DNA from: Rhodospirillales bacterium
GTDB taxonomy: Bacteria; Pseudomonadota; Alphaproteobacteria; Reyranellales; Reyranellaceae
Direction: 5' to 3'
NCBI GenBank assembly: GCA_016191685.1
Contig: JACPVT010000215.1
Location: 17,134 to 81,133 of the forward strand
DNA length: 64,000 nucleotides
Part shown: piece after piece, positions 40,608 to 50,059 of the stretch
Position numbering within the stretch: the first letter of the stretch is position 1
Layout of the letters: the number at the start of each line of letters is the position of its first letter
Position numbers and translations under genes: made by a program
The notes under the pieces: generated by a model
Seen by the model: the letters and a program-made list of their open reading frames with translations, nothing else
Told to the model about the DNA's origin: nothing
Database searches by the model: none

Positions 40608-42215
40608 CTAAGACACTCGCGTGAACCGCATCTTCTTGATGCGGCCGGTCGACACCTGCAACGCCACGATCTTGCCGGCGCGGTCGCGTTCCAGATGGGC
40701 GAGCTGGGTCGCCGTGATCCAGCCCGTCGGGCTTACGACTTCGACCGTGTCGGCATCGATGCCGGCGAGCGTCCACGCCGGCCCGCCGGCGATCAACGGA
40801 CCGCTGACGCCCACGGCATAATCCTCGCCGCCCCGCCTGACCTGCCAGGTGGCGCCCGAATCGGGCGAGACGTAGATGCCGTCGATCGCGGCCGGCACCG
40901 GCTTGCGGCGGCCGAGCTTGGTGAAGGTCACCACTCGGCCGGCGCCGAGGTCAACGCGGAGCGTTCCGGCCCGGCCGGGCTTCAGCGCGAACTCGAACGA
41001 GCCGCGCTCGGCCGCGAACCAGCCGTCGCTCCGGCGACCGAGGGCGAACGGCAGGCCGTTCTGCGTCACCACCGGCTCGCCGTTGCGCCAGGCCAGCTCG
41101 AACAGCGACGGCTCCTGGGCGTTGAACCACGTCCCGGCGAGCGGCTTGATCTCGGCCTCGGCGATCGGCGCCGCCATTGGCTTCATCTTGCGGTTGCCCT
41201 CCAGCGCCAGAGCCGCGATGGCGCGCGCCTGGCGCCATGGATCGATGGTGCCGAGGTTGGCGATCACCACGACGGTGAGGCTGGCGTCCGGCACGCGCAG
41301 GAACTCGGTGCGGAAGCCCGGCCACAGCCCGCCATGGCCGAGGGTGGCCAGGCCGCGCAGGTCGTCGGCCTGCACGCCGCGGCGATACTTGTTGGCGTGG
41401 CCGCCGGTGAGCGGGGCAACGGCGGCAAGCTGGGCCGGCAGCGTCCTCGGTGCGAGCGTCGGCTGGTCGAAATGCCTGCTCCAGATCAGCAGGTCCTCGA
41501 CGGTGGAGGTGAGGCCGCCTTCGCCGCCTTGCGGATAGGCGTGCGCGGCCCGGCGGAAGCCCGTCGTGGCATCGCCGAGATAGCCCGTGGCGAGGCCCGG
41601 GATCACCGCGTCGATCTCGTGCACCAGCATCGTGCTCGTCATGCCGAGCGGCTTGAAGATGCGTTCGGCGAGGAAGTCGCCGAGTTTCTTCTTCGCCAGC
41701 CTTTCGACAATCAGGCCGAGCAGCAGGAAGTTGGTGTTGCTGTAGAGAAAGCGGCTGCCGGGCGCGAAATTGAGATGGCGGTTGCGCCGGCAGGCGGCCA
41801 GCAGGTCGGCCGGCCGCGCCGGCTTGTCGAGGCCGTGACCGCCCAGCCGCAGCAATTCGAGAAAGTCGGGCAGGCCGCTCGAGTTGCGCATCATCTGGTC
41901 GATCGTGACCGGCAGCGGCGGCAGCTCGGGCAGATATTTGTGCGGCGCCTCGGAGAGTTTGAGCTTGCCCTCTGCCGCGAGCATCAGCGCCGCCGTCACC
42001 GTGAACTGCTTGCTGACCGAGGCGATGCGAAAACGCGTGTCGGGCCGGATCGGCACGCCGAGCTCGATGCTGGCGAGGCCATAGCCCTTGCAGAGTTCGA
42101 CCGTGCCGTCCCGCATGACGGCGACGACAGCGCCCGGCGATCCGGTCGCGGTGTAACGGGAGAACAGCGCATCGACGCGGCGTTCCAGGGTGATGGATCC
42201 GATGGATTTCGACAT
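40608..42215 (-). CDS. Serine hydrolase (beta-lactamase class C/PBP4-like, D-aminopeptidase-like)
   Basis: FRIASVSKQF (SxxK), FLYSNTNF (YxN), LGHGG. Confidence 0.88.
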   Translation of the reverse strand: MSKSIGSITLERRVDALFSRYTATGSPGAVVAVMRDGTVELCKGYGLASIELGVPIRPDTRFRIASVSKQFTVTAALMLAAEGKLKLSEAPHKYLPELPPLPVTIDQMMRNSSGLPDFLELLRLGGHGLDKPARPADLLAACRRNRHLNFAPGSRFLYSNTNFLLLGLIVERLAKKKLGDFLAERIFKPLGMTSTMLVHEIDAVIPGLATGYLGDATTGFRRAAHAYPQGGEGGLTSTVEDLLIWSRHFDQPTLAPRTLPAQLAAVAPLTGGHANKYRRGVQADDLRGLATLGHGGLWPGFRTEFLRVPDASLTVVVIANLGTIDPWRQARAIAALALEGNRKMKPMAAPIAEAEIKPLAGTWFNAQEPSLFELAWRNGEPVVTQNGLPFALGRRSDGWFAAERGSFEFALKPGRAGTLRVDLGAGRVVTFTKLGRRKPVPAAIDGIYVSPDSGATWQVRRGGEDYAVGVSGPLIAGGPAWTLAGIDADTVEVVSPTGWITATQLAHLERDRAGKIVALQVSTGRIKKMRFTRVS

Positions 42216-42296
42216 GAGAGGCAGTCAAGCGAAGCGGCTCGCCGTTGTAAAGGCGAGGCGCTAGGGTCGGCGCAAATGCAAGGAGGAACGCCTGCC

Positions 42297-43106
42297 ATGA
42301 GCCGTCAGTTCGTGAAGGTCGAGAAGGGCCTGGGGCCGCAAGGCCGCATCGCCGTCGTGCGCTTCGACCGCGGCGACAACATCAACGCACTCAGCCAGCA
42401 GGCGATGCGCGAACTGCGCGACGTGCCGCGCGACTTCGAGGACGATCTCGAAACCTCGGTCGTGATCCTGACCGGTTCGGCCAAGGCCTTCTCGGCGGGC
42501 TTCGATCTCAAGGACACAGATGGCCGTGCGCGCGACGGATTGCCGATCGGCGAACGCATCCATCGCCAGCGGCTCGGGCCCAGGATGTGCAAGGCCTGGC
42601 ACGACATGGACCAGGTCACCATCGCCGCCGTCGAGGGCCACTGCATCGGCGGCGGGGCGGCGCTGGTCGTGTCGCTCGACTTCCGCACCTGCGGGAAGAG
42701 CGCGCATTTCCGCATTCCCGAAGTCGAACTCGGCATGAACATGAGTTGGGGTTCGATCCCGCGCATGCTGGCGCTGATGGGGCCGGCGCGGACCAAGCAG
42801 GCGGTGATCCTGGCCTCCGACCGCATCGGCGCTGCCGACGCCTTGGCCTGGGGCCTGGTCGAGAACGTCGTCGATGATGGGCAGGCGCTCGCGGCCTCGA
42901 TGGCCTTCGCCGAGCGCATAGCGCGACAGCCGCCGATTCCCGTGCGCATGACCAAGAGCACGGTCAATCGCCTGGCGCATGCGCTCGACGATCTCGGTTC
43001 TCACATGGACGCCGACCAGAACGTGCTGACGGGACTGACCGAGGACTACAAGGAAGGAACCTCGGCGTTCCGCGAAAAGCGCAAGCCGGTCTTCAAGGGT
43101 CGTTAG
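42297..43106 (+). CDS. Enoyl-CoA hydratase/isomerase family protein
   Basis: AFSAGFDLK, IAAVEGHCIGGG, PEVELG, AFREKRKPVFKGR; AAGGAGG RBS. Confidence 0.9.
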   Translation: MSRQFVKVEKGLGPQGRIAVVRFDRGDNINALSQQAMRELRDVPRDFEDDLETSVVILTGSAKAFSAGFDLKDTDGRARDGLPIGERIHRQRLGPRMCKAWHDMDQVTIAAVEGHCIGGGAALVVSLDFRTCGKSAHFRIPEVELGMNMSWGSIPRMLALMGPARTKQAVILASDRIGAADALAWGLVENVVDDGQALAASMAFAERIARQPPIPVRMTKSTVNRLAHALDDLGSHMDADQNVLTGLTEDYKEGTSAFREKRKPVFKGR

Positions 43107-43112
43107 TCTTCC

Positions 43113-43137
43113 GGACCGCGCGCGTCCCGCGCGTTCA
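43113..43137. repeat. Degenerate single REP-like arm
   Basis: GGACCGCGCGCGTCCCGCGCGTTCA, same GGACCGCG-palindrome-TCATG architecture as 40551. Confidence 0.5.
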
Positions 43138-43239
43138 TGGTTGGGAGCGCCACTCAAGGGCGGAGGTTAATCCGCCCGAAGGGACGCCTCTTGCCTTGTT
43201 CTGCTTGGCTATCCTGCTGCAGCCTCATATCGTGACGGG

Positions 43240-43914
43240 ATGCCTGTCGGGATCCAGATTTGCTCCGGGATGGAATGGCGTGCCGCCAAGGCCTATCTCG
43301 CGGTGTCCACCGATAGAATCCAAGGCTACCCCTACGGCGAGTTCTTCCTGGACACGGTTGGCGGCAGGGATTGCGTCTACTTTCACAGTCGCCGGACCAA
43401 GACGCGCGCGGCAGGTGCCTGCCAGTACGCAATCGATCGATGGCGATTGGGATCGGTGGTCGTCGTTGGAACGTGTGGCGGCGTCGATGTCGGCCTTAGC
43501 GTCGGTGACGTAATTGTTGCAACGCGGACCATCCAGTACGACTGCCGTGACCGACGGCCGGAGATGGGACATACGGTCGAGGCCGATCCAACGTGGCTGG
43601 ATCTCGCTGGTGTTCCGGTTCATCGCGGTCCGATCGCAAGTGCCGATCGAGATATGACTTTCGATGTCCTGGCCGACCTGAGATCACAAGGCGTGCTCGG
43701 CGCCGACTGGGAATCCGGGGCAATCGCCACGGTCTGCAGCCTCAACAAGGTCCGATGGGCAGTGTTGCGCGCGATCACCGATGTGCCTTTGCAGCTCGGA
43801 GAGCACGATGCCAATCGCCAAGTCGGAGACTACAATGCAAATGCTCCGCGCCTCATGAATTTGCTGCTGGGTCATCTGCCGAGAATGCTTTCTGGTTCCC
43901 CGGACCGGCCCTAG
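43240..43914 (+). CDS. MTA/SAH nucleosidase-like (PNP_UDP_1 family) protein
   Basis: [38 protein letters not shown]. Confidence 0.78.
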   Translation: MPVGIQICSGMEWRAAKAYLAVSTDRIQGYPYGEFFLDTVGGRDCVYFHSRRTKTRAAGACQYAIDRWRLGSVVVVGTCGGVDVGLSVGDVIVATRTIQYDCRDRRPEMGHTVEADPTWLDLAGVPVHRGPIASADRDMTFDVLADLRSQGVLGADWESGAIATVCSLNKVRWAVLRAITDVPLQLGEHDANRQVGDYNANAPRLMNLLLGHLPRMLSGSPDRP

Positions 43915-44843
43915 ATCAACCGTAGCGAAACTTGCCCGATCGAATGGTCCGGCTGCTTGCGCAGGACGACGTGCGCGCGTTCCCGCGTCGGCAGGATATT
44001 CTCGCGCAGATTGGTCTCGTTGATGTCGGACCAAATCCGCCGCCCGATTTCCCGTGCCTCTTCCTGGGGCAGATCCTTGTAGTGATGGAAATACGAACTC
44101 GGCTTCTGGAACGCGGTGCGCTGCAGGAGCAGGAAGCGGGCGAGATACCAGGCTTCGATATCCGGAGTCGCGGCATCGACATAGATGGAAAAATCGAAGA
44201 AGTCGGAAAGTATCACCGACGCCGGTCTGCCGCCGGCGAGCCCGGGCTGCAAGACGTTCAATCCCTCGAAGATGAGCACGTCGGGACGGCGCACGATCTG
44301 CCATTCGTCCGGCACGATATCGTAGGTCTGGTGCGAATAGACGGGGGCCCTGACTTCGGCATGGCCGGCTTTGACGTCGCTCAGGAACTGCACCATTTTC
44401 CTGGTGTCATAGCTTTCCGGGAATCCCTTGCGCCGCATCAGCTGTTCTTCTTCAAGCTGTCGATTGGGATGCAGAAAGCCGTCGGTGGTCACAAGATCGA
44501 CCCGGGGATGATCCGGCCACCGCGCCATGAGTGCCTGGAGAATGCGGGCGAACGTGCTCTTGCCCACTGCCACGCTTCCGGCGATCGCGATGACATACGT
44601 GCGTCCGACAACCGGCCTTCCCAGAAACGTATCGGTGACGCCGTTCAGATTGCGCGCGGCCCGCACGTGGAGATTGAGCAGCCGCGACAATGGCAGATAG
44701 ACCTCGGTCAGTTCCTCGAGGGAAACGCTTTCATTGATGCCCCGAAGCGATACGAGGTCCTCCTGTGAAAGTGTGAGAGGCGTGTGCGCTCGTAGAGCGG
44801 CCCATTCGGCCCTGCCGAACTCCTGGTATGTGTCAGACTGCAT
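43911..44843 (-). CDS. coaA: Type I pantothenate kinase
   Basis: [53 protein letters not shown]. Confidence 0.94.
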   Translation of the reverse strand: MQSDTYQEFGRAEWAALRAHTPLTLSQEDLVSLRGINESVSLEELTEVYLPLSRLLNLHVRAARNLNGVTDTFLGRPVVGRTYVIAIAGSVAVGKSTFARILQALMARWPDHPRVDLVTTDGFLHPNRQLEEEQLMRRKGFPESYDTRKMVQFLSDVKAGHAEVRAPVYSHQTYDIVPDEWQIVRRPDVLIFEGLNVLQPGLAGGRPASVILSDFFDFSIYVDAATPDIEAWYLARFLLLQRTAFQKPSSYFHHYKDLPQEEAREIGRRIWSDINETNLRENILPTRERAHVVLRKQPDHSIGQVSLRLI

Positions 44844-44880
44844 GCGCTCGCTCCGGCAACTGCATCCGGCCACGGGGAAT

Positions 44881-45069
44881 TCAGAGCTTGCGGCCCGGCA
44901 ACTGGTCGATGACGGCCTGGCGCTCGGGATCGTCGAGCATCGCCCAGCGGCCGATTTCCTCGATCGTGCGCTTGCAACCGATGCAGAAGCCGCTCTTCTG
45001 GTCGAGCTTGCAGATCCCGATGCACGGTGACACGACGCGCCGCAACATCGACATCGAAGGGTCGGCCAC
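44881..45069 (-). CDS. DUF1289 family Cys-rich small protein
   Basis: [22 protein letters not shown]. Confidence 0.88.
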   Translation of the reverse strand: MADPSMSMLRRVVSPCIGICKLDQKSGFCIGCKRTIEEIGRWAMLDDPERQAVIDQLPGRKL

Positions 45070-45076
45070 GGTGGAG

Positions 45077-45781
45077 TCAGGGCTTCTTGTTGCTGAGAAG
45101 CGCGAGCTGGTTCTGCAGCTCGTCGAGCTTGCGCTTGAGGTCGTCGATCACGGGCTCTCCCTGCGGTGCAGGCGGTGTGCCCGACGTTTCCGGCTTGGAG
45201 GCATCCTGTCCGTTGGTCATCGGCTGCGCCTGGCTCGGTTGGCCCGTGCCCGGTTGCCCTGATCCAGGCTGGCCCGATCCCGGCTGGCCCGACCCGGGTT
45301 GTCCGGCGCGGAACGGATTGAACATCCGCATGGCCTGCTCGAACATCGCCATGTTCTGCTTGCCCATGGTCTCGAATTGCTGGAACGGATTGAAGCCGAA
45401 GGCGTTCTGCAGATAACTGCGCATCTGCTCCTGGTTGCGCGCGAACTGCGACATCGACATCTCGAGATATTGCGGCACCACGCCCTGCAGGCTGTCGCCA
45501 TAGAATGAGATAAGCTGGCGCAGGAACGGGATCGGCAACAGCGTCTGTCCGCCCTTGCTCTCCTCCTCGAAGATGATCTGCGTCAGCACCGAGCGCGTGA
45601 TCTCGTCGCCGGTCTTGGCGTCGTAGACGACGAAGTCGGTCTTGTCCTTCACCATCTGGGAAAGATGTTCGAGCGTCACGTAGGCGGAAGTCGCCGTGTT
45701 GTAGAGGCGTCGGTTGGCGTATTTCTTGATGACCACCGGAGCGGGCTTCGGTCCGCCCTCGGGTACTGCCTGATCGGCCAT
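45077..45781 (-). CDS. phaR: Polyhydroxyalkanoate synthesis repressor
   Basis: [39 protein letters not shown]. Confidence 0.95.
   Translation of the reverse strand: MADQAVPEGGPKPAPVVIKKYANRRLYNTATSAYVTLEHLSQMVKDKTDFVVYDAKTGDEITRSVLTQIIFEEESKGGQTLLPIPFLRQLISFYGDSLQGVVPQYLEMSMSQFARNQEQMRSYLQNAFGFNPFQQFETMGKQNMAMFEQAMRMFNPFRAGQPGSGQPGSGQPGSGQPGTGQPSQAQPMTNGQDASKPETSGTPPAPQGEPVIDDLKRKLDELQNQLALLSNKKP
45241..45305 (-). repeat. 15-bp coding tandem repeat (GQPGS x3 plus GQPGT) in phaR
   Basis: [25 protein letters not shown] in the translation, with synonymous codon differences between units. Confidence 0.8.
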
Positions 45782-45926
45782 TACGCTGTCGCTCCTCTAG
45801 CTCCCGAGCGCGGTAAACGCTCGTTTACTTCGGACAGGTCACATTAGCGCTGATACCGCAGTGCGACAAGATGGGGTTTGCGTCTGCGAAAGCAGCGTTG
45901 GTGAGGCGATAGGCTATAGTGAACAC

Positions 45927-46277
45927 ATGGCCTCTGAAAACGACGAAAAGCCCGACGCTTCCGGTGCCGATTTCGACAGGCTGGCCCGGCGATATCTCGA
46001 CCTTTGGCAGGGCCAGCTTGCCGGACTCGCCGCCGACCAGGCATTGACCGAGCAGATCGCCCGCCTGTTCGCGGCCGCGAACGCCCAGGTTGCGTCTGCA
46101 ATGCAGGCCGTCCAAGGAGTGCACCATGCAGCCACGCCCCCTTCCTCCCAGGCTGGGACCTCGTCCGTTGCCGCTTCATCTGGGCACGGCGCTGATGACC
46201 TGGGCGAGCTCCGAAAGCGCGTGGAGACATTGGAAGCCCGGCTCGCCGACCTCGAAGCCAAACTCGCCCGTTCCTGA
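45927..46277 (+). CDS. Small PhaE-like/coiled-coil protein overlapping the downstream hydrolase
   Basis: LARRYLDLWQ N-terminal helix; C-terminal coiled coil DLGELRKRVETLEARLADLEAKL; divergent from phaR. Confidence 0.65.
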   Translation: MASENDEKPDASGADFDRLARRYLDLWQGQLAGLAADQALTEQIARLFAAANAQVASAMQAVQGVHHAATPPSSQAGTSSVAASSGHGADDLGELRKRVETLEARLADLEAKLARS

Positions 46278-47424
46278 GGCTCCCATTCCTGAGGCTATTG
46301 CGGCCCTCCTGCCGGAGATCGCCGCCCTCGAAGCCCGGGCCGGTGTGGGTGGCTTCGAGAGCGCACTCGGCCGCGAGATCGCCCGCCGAATGCACCGGTT
46401 GGCCGACGGCGTGCTCGCCTATCGTCAGCACGCGGTCCACCGCACCCTGGAGAATCCGCCGGCGGTGTGGAGCGAGGGCAATACGCGCCTGCTCGACTAT
46501 GGCGCCACGCATCGCGCCGCCCGCGCGCGCGGCGCCCGGGCGGTGCTGGTGGTGCCGTCGCTGATCAATCGCTGGGAGGTCCTCGACCTCACCGCCGAGA
46601 AGAGCCTGCTGCGCGGCATGGCGGCCCAGGGCCTCCGGCCCTATCTCGTCGACTGGGGATCGCTCAACGACGAGGAGCGGCGGTTCGACACCACGGCCTA
46701 CGTCGCCCGCCTCGAGCGCGCGCTCGCCTTCCTCGCCAAGCGCGCCCGCCGGGCGCCGGCGGTGATGGGCTACTGCATGGGCGGCACGCTCACCGTGGCG
46801 CTGGCGGCGCGCCAGCCGCGCCGCGTCGCCGGTCTTGCCTTGCTGGCGGCCCCTTGGGATTTCCACGCCGACCGCACCGGCCACGCCTTCCTGGTCTCGT
46901 CCGGCCCGCTGCTGGCGCAGGTCGCCGACCGGCTGGGCGAGCTGCCGGTCGATATCCTGCAGACCCTCTTCTGGTCGCTCGATCCCTGGCTTGCAATGAA
47001 GAAGTTCGGCCGCTTCCTCGGCATGGACCAGGAGGGCGCCGGCGCCCGCGAGTTCGTGCTGCTCGAGGACTGGCTGAACGATGGCGCGCCGCTCGCCGGT
47101 CCCGTGGCGCGCGAATGCCTGGTCGGCTGGTACGGCGACAACGTGCCCGGCAGCGGCAAGTGGGTCGTGGGTGGTCGCCGCATCGTGCCGTCCAAGATCA
47201 AGGTGCCGTCGCTGGTCATGATCCCGTCGGGCGATCGCATCGTGCCGCCGCTGTCGGCCGCCGCTCTCGCCGACCCCGAAAAGGGACTGAAGAACGTGAA
47301 GCGGCTCGACCTGCCGCTTGGCCATATCGGCATGGTGGTGAGCAGCCGCGCCCGCGATCTGTGCTGGACGCCGTTGATCGAGTGGCTGCAGGCGATCCCG
47401 TCCAGGGGACGTAATGGCGGCTGA
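46126..47424 (+). CDS. Class III PhaC-like alpha/beta hydrolase (putative PHA synthase)
   Basis: AAGGAG RBS; LVVPSLINR, LDL, YLVDWG, lipase box GYCMGG (Cys), EDWLND, GDRIVP (Asp), GHIG (His). Confidence 0.8.
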   Translation: MQPRPLPPRLGPRPLPLHLGTALMTWASSESAWRHWKPGSPTSKPNSPVPEAPIPEAIAALLPEIAALEARAGVGGFESALGREIARRMHRLADGVLAYRQHAVHRTLENPPAVWSEGNTRLLDYGATHRAARARGARAVLVVPSLINRWEVLDLTAEKSLLRGMAAQGLRPYLVDWGSLNDEERRFDTTAYVARLERALAFLAKRARRAPAVMGYCMGGTLTVALAARQPRRVAGLALLAAPWDFHADRTGHAFLVSSGPLLAQVADRLGELPVDILQTLFWSLDPWLAMKKFGRFLGMDQEGAGAREFVLLEDWLNDGAPLAGPVARECLVGWYGDNVPGSGKWVVGGRRIVPSKIKVPSLVMIPSGDRIVPPLSAAALADPEKGLKNVKRLDLPLGHIGMVVSSRARDLCWTPLIEWLQAIPSRGRNGG

Positions 47425-48241
47425 CGGCAGGTCCACCGACTGGCGCGTGCCCGCGTTCTGGGCGGCGGCGCTCGTACTCTCGATGGCGGCGCGCGTGCCC
47501 GTCGAAATCGCCGATGCCGGCCGGCGCGGCATCGGCATGGACCTCGGACGTGCCGTCGCTCTGGAAGGAGCAAGTCACCTCGTCGTGGCCGCGCTGCTGC
47601 CGGCGATCTACTGGTTGCACCGCCGCTGGCCGGTCGTCGCGGGGCCGCGCAACATCGCGATCCACGTCCTGGCGGTCGTGCCGTACAGCGTCCTTCACAC
47701 GCTCGGCATGGCGGCGCTGCGGCTGCTCTGGTTCAACGCCATCGTGGGCGAAGCCTACAGTTTCCCGGTCACGGCCGGGCGCCTCGGTTACGAATTCGCC
47801 AAGGACGTCGTCTCCTACACGATGCTGAACGGAGGCGTGCTGGTGCTGAGCTACCTGCTTGCCCGCAAGCCGGCGCCTGCGCCCGCCTCCAGCCCGGGTG
47901 CGCTCCTGCCGGAGCGCTTTGCCGTACGCCGGCGCGGCAAGGAGATCATGGTCGAGGTGGCCGACATCGACTGGGTGGAGGCCTCCGGAAACTACGCCGT
48001 GCTCCATGTCGGGGGCGAGTTGCTGGAGATCCGCTCCTCGCTCACCAGGCTCGAGAGCGAGCTCGATCCCAAACGGTTCGTGCGCGTGCACAAATCCCAC
48101 CTGGTGAACATCGCCCGCGTGGTCGAGGTGACGCCCTGGGTGAGCGGCGACTGGCGCATCCGCCTGCAGGACGGCGCCGAGGTGAACCTGAGCCGCCGCT
48201 ACCGTCCGCGTTTCGAAGCGCTGGTGCCGGTCAAGAGCTGA
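47414..48241 (+). CDS. Membrane-anchored LytTR-domain transcriptional regulator
   Basis: Four hydrophobic N-terminal segments; IDWVEASGNYAVLH, FVRVHKSHLVN, LSRRY; no receiver domain. Confidence 0.88.
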   Translation: MAADGRSTDWRVPAFWAAALVLSMAARVPVEIADAGRRGIGMDLGRAVALEGASHLVVAALLPAIYWLHRRWPVVAGPRNIAIHVLAVVPYSVLHTLGMAALRLLWFNAIVGEAYSFPVTAGRLGYEFAKDVVSYTMLNGGVLVLSYLLARKPAPAPASSPGALLPERFAVRRRGKEIMVEVADIDWVEASGNYAVLHVGGELLEIRSSLTRLESELDPKRFVRVHKSHLVNIARVVEVTPWVSGDWRIRLQDGAEVNLSRRYRPRFEALVPVKS

Positions 48242-48293
48242 CGACGTCCCGCAGCCGCCGCCGGTCGTCCCACCGGGGTCGCCGGTCGTCACA
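48239..48293 (+). promoter_or_regulatory. LytTR-type direct repeats with 21-bp period
   Basis: GCCGGTCGTCCCA at 48260, GCCGGTCGTCACA at 48281, degenerate copy (CGTCCC core) at 48239. Confidence 0.72.
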
Positions 48294-48361
48294 ATACGCA
48301 GCCAGTTCAAGGTCTTGGAAGGTAGGGAAGGGGCGTCCGCAACTCTTCCCGAGGTATCGTC

Positions 48362-49564
48362 ATGACCACCCGCCGAGCCGATCTCGACTGGCTGCGCGTC
48401 CTCGCCTTCGGCCTCCTGATCCTCTATCACGCCGGCATGGCCTGGTCGGGCTGGAGCTGGCACGTCACCAGTCCCGACAGCATCGACTGGCTGCGCGAGG
48501 CAATGCGGTTCCTGAACCGCTGGCGCATGCCGCTGCTGTTCCTGGTGTCGGGCGCGGCCATCATGCTGGCGCTGGGCGACCGCACCTCCGGTGGCTTCGT
48601 TGTCGACCGCCTGAAGCGGCTCCTGCTGCCGCTGGCCTTCGGCATGCTGGTGATCGTGCCGCCGCAGGTCTACCTGGAGCGCCTCTATCGCGGCCAGTTC
48701 ACGGGCTCGTTCTTCGACTGGCTGCCGCAGGCCTTCTCCGGCGGCGCCTACCCGAACGGCAATTTCAGCTGGCACCATCTCTGGTTCCTGGCCTACGTGC
48801 TGGTGCTGACTCTCGTGCTGCTGCCGGTCTTCCTGTGGGCGCGCTCGCCGGCGGGGCGCGACATCGTCGAGGGTGCCGGCCGGACGGCCGCCCGCTTCGG
48901 TCTGCAGTGGCTGACGGTGTTGCCCCTCGCCGCGTCGATCCTGTGGCTGGCGCCGATCTCGCACAACATCAACGGCCTGGTCGGCGACTGGAACGGTCTG
49001 GTCTCCTACGGCGCGCTGCTGCTCTACGGCGCCTTCATCTTCGGTTCGACCGACCTGCTAAATGCGCTTCGGCGTCAGCGACTGCTCTCGCTGGCCATCG
49101 GCATCACGGCCTATGCCGTGCTCTACGTCGGCTTCTTCCAGGGAACGGTCAGGCCCGTGATCTCGCCCGAGGCCCGGCCAGGCTTCGCGCTTCTGTCGGC
49201 GATCAACACCATGGCCTGGCTGTTCGCGATTCTGGGCTTCGCCCATCGCTATCTGACCGCGCGGCCGGCGTTCCTCGCCGAGGCGACCGAAGCGGTCTAC
49301 CCGTTCTACATTCTTCATCAGACCGTGACAGTGATCGCTGTCTACTGGCTCCTGACCATGGGCGTGCCGCCGCTCGCTGGATTCATCCTGGCCGTGGTGG
49401 CGACCTTCTGCGGCACCTGGGTCATCTATGCTGGGCTGGTGCGTCCCTGGCGCTGGGTGCGACCGCTCTTCGGATTGAAGAGCGCATACAGCAGGAGCGC
49501 GCGGCCATTGCCGCCTACGAATTCGCGCTCGCGCACCATGCCCAGTTTCTCCAGCGAGCGCTGA
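48362..49564 (+). CDS. Acyltransferase family 3 protein (OpgC/MdoC-like)
   Basis: RRADLDWLR, WRMPLLFLVSG, RLKRLLLP, WHHLWFL, YPFYILHQ. Confidence 0.88.
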   Translation: MTTRRADLDWLRVLAFGLLILYHAGMAWSGWSWHVTSPDSIDWLREAMRFLNRWRMPLLFLVSGAAIMLALGDRTSGGFVVDRLKRLLLPLAFGMLVIVPPQVYLERLYRGQFTGSFFDWLPQAFSGGAYPNGNFSWHHLWFLAYVLVLTLVLLPVFLWARSPAGRDIVEGAGRTAARFGLQWLTVLPLAASILWLAPISHNINGLVGDWNGLVSYGALLLYGAFIFGSTDLLNALRRQRLLSLAIGITAYAVLYVGFFQGTVRPVISPEARPGFALLSAINTMAWLFAILGFAHRYLTARPAFLAEATEAVYPFYILHQTVTVIAVYWLLTMGVPPLAGFILAVVATFCGTWVIYAGLVRPWRWVRPLFGLKSAYSRSARPLPPTNSRSRTMPSFSSER

Positions 49565-49989
49565 CCAGGGAGGTTCTCGGGGCGGGTGATGGCCACGACC
49601 CGGTCGAGCCCGACCACGTCGAAGGCGAAGGCGAGAGCCGCGCGGCCGAGTTCCGTCCCGTAGCCCTTGCCCTGCGCTTCCGGCACGAAGGCGCCGCGCA
49701 TGGCGACGCCGAGGCCGCCATCGTGGATTCGCAGCCCGCCCAATCCGACCAGCCGGCCGCTCGCGCGTTCGCTCGCTGTCCAGCTCCCGAAACCCAGCGC
49801 GGGCCACTCGGCCTCGTAGTCGGCCACCAGGGCGTCGCTTTCGGAGCGTGGCAGCACGCCGTGCTTCAGAAGAGTCATTACCCGAGCATCGGCATGCAGA
49901 ACTGCCAGCCGGTCGGCGTCGGCGACCGTGATGGGCACAAGGCGCAAATGCCGGGTTTCGAGAAGGTGACAGTCCAGGTGAGGGGCCAA
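49426..49989 (-). CDS. GNAT family N-acetyltransferase (RimJ/RimL-like)
   Basis: [31 protein letters not shown]. Confidence 0.82.
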   Translation of the reverse strand: MAPHLDCHLLETRHLRLVPITVADADRLAVLHADARVMTLLKHGVLPRSESDALVADYEAEWPALGFGSWTASERASGRLVGLGGLRIHDGGLGVAMRGAFVPEAQGKGYGTELGRAALAFAFDVVGLDRVVAITRPENLPGQRSLEKLGMVREREFVGGNGRALLLYALFNPKSGRTQRQGRTSPA

Positions 49990-50059
49990 GTGGGGTCCTT
50001 GCCGGCTCCAGCCGTGGGTCTATAAACTGCTCCACAGGGCGGCACGCAAGGAGGACTAC

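Noticed and set aside
40575-43106. 843-aa plus-strand ORF
   Set aside because: Antisense shadow of the serine hydrolase running into the real enoyl-CoA hydratase, which has its own RBS and ATG at 42297.
45856-45869. Possible PhaR operator CCGCAGTGCGACAA
   Set aside because: Only a partial match to TGC-N-GCA-type PhaR motifs; too weak to call in high-GC DNA.
48239-48293. Short repeats as a CRISPR array
   Set aside because: Units of about 13 bp with 8-bp spacers, only 2-3 copies, no cas genes.
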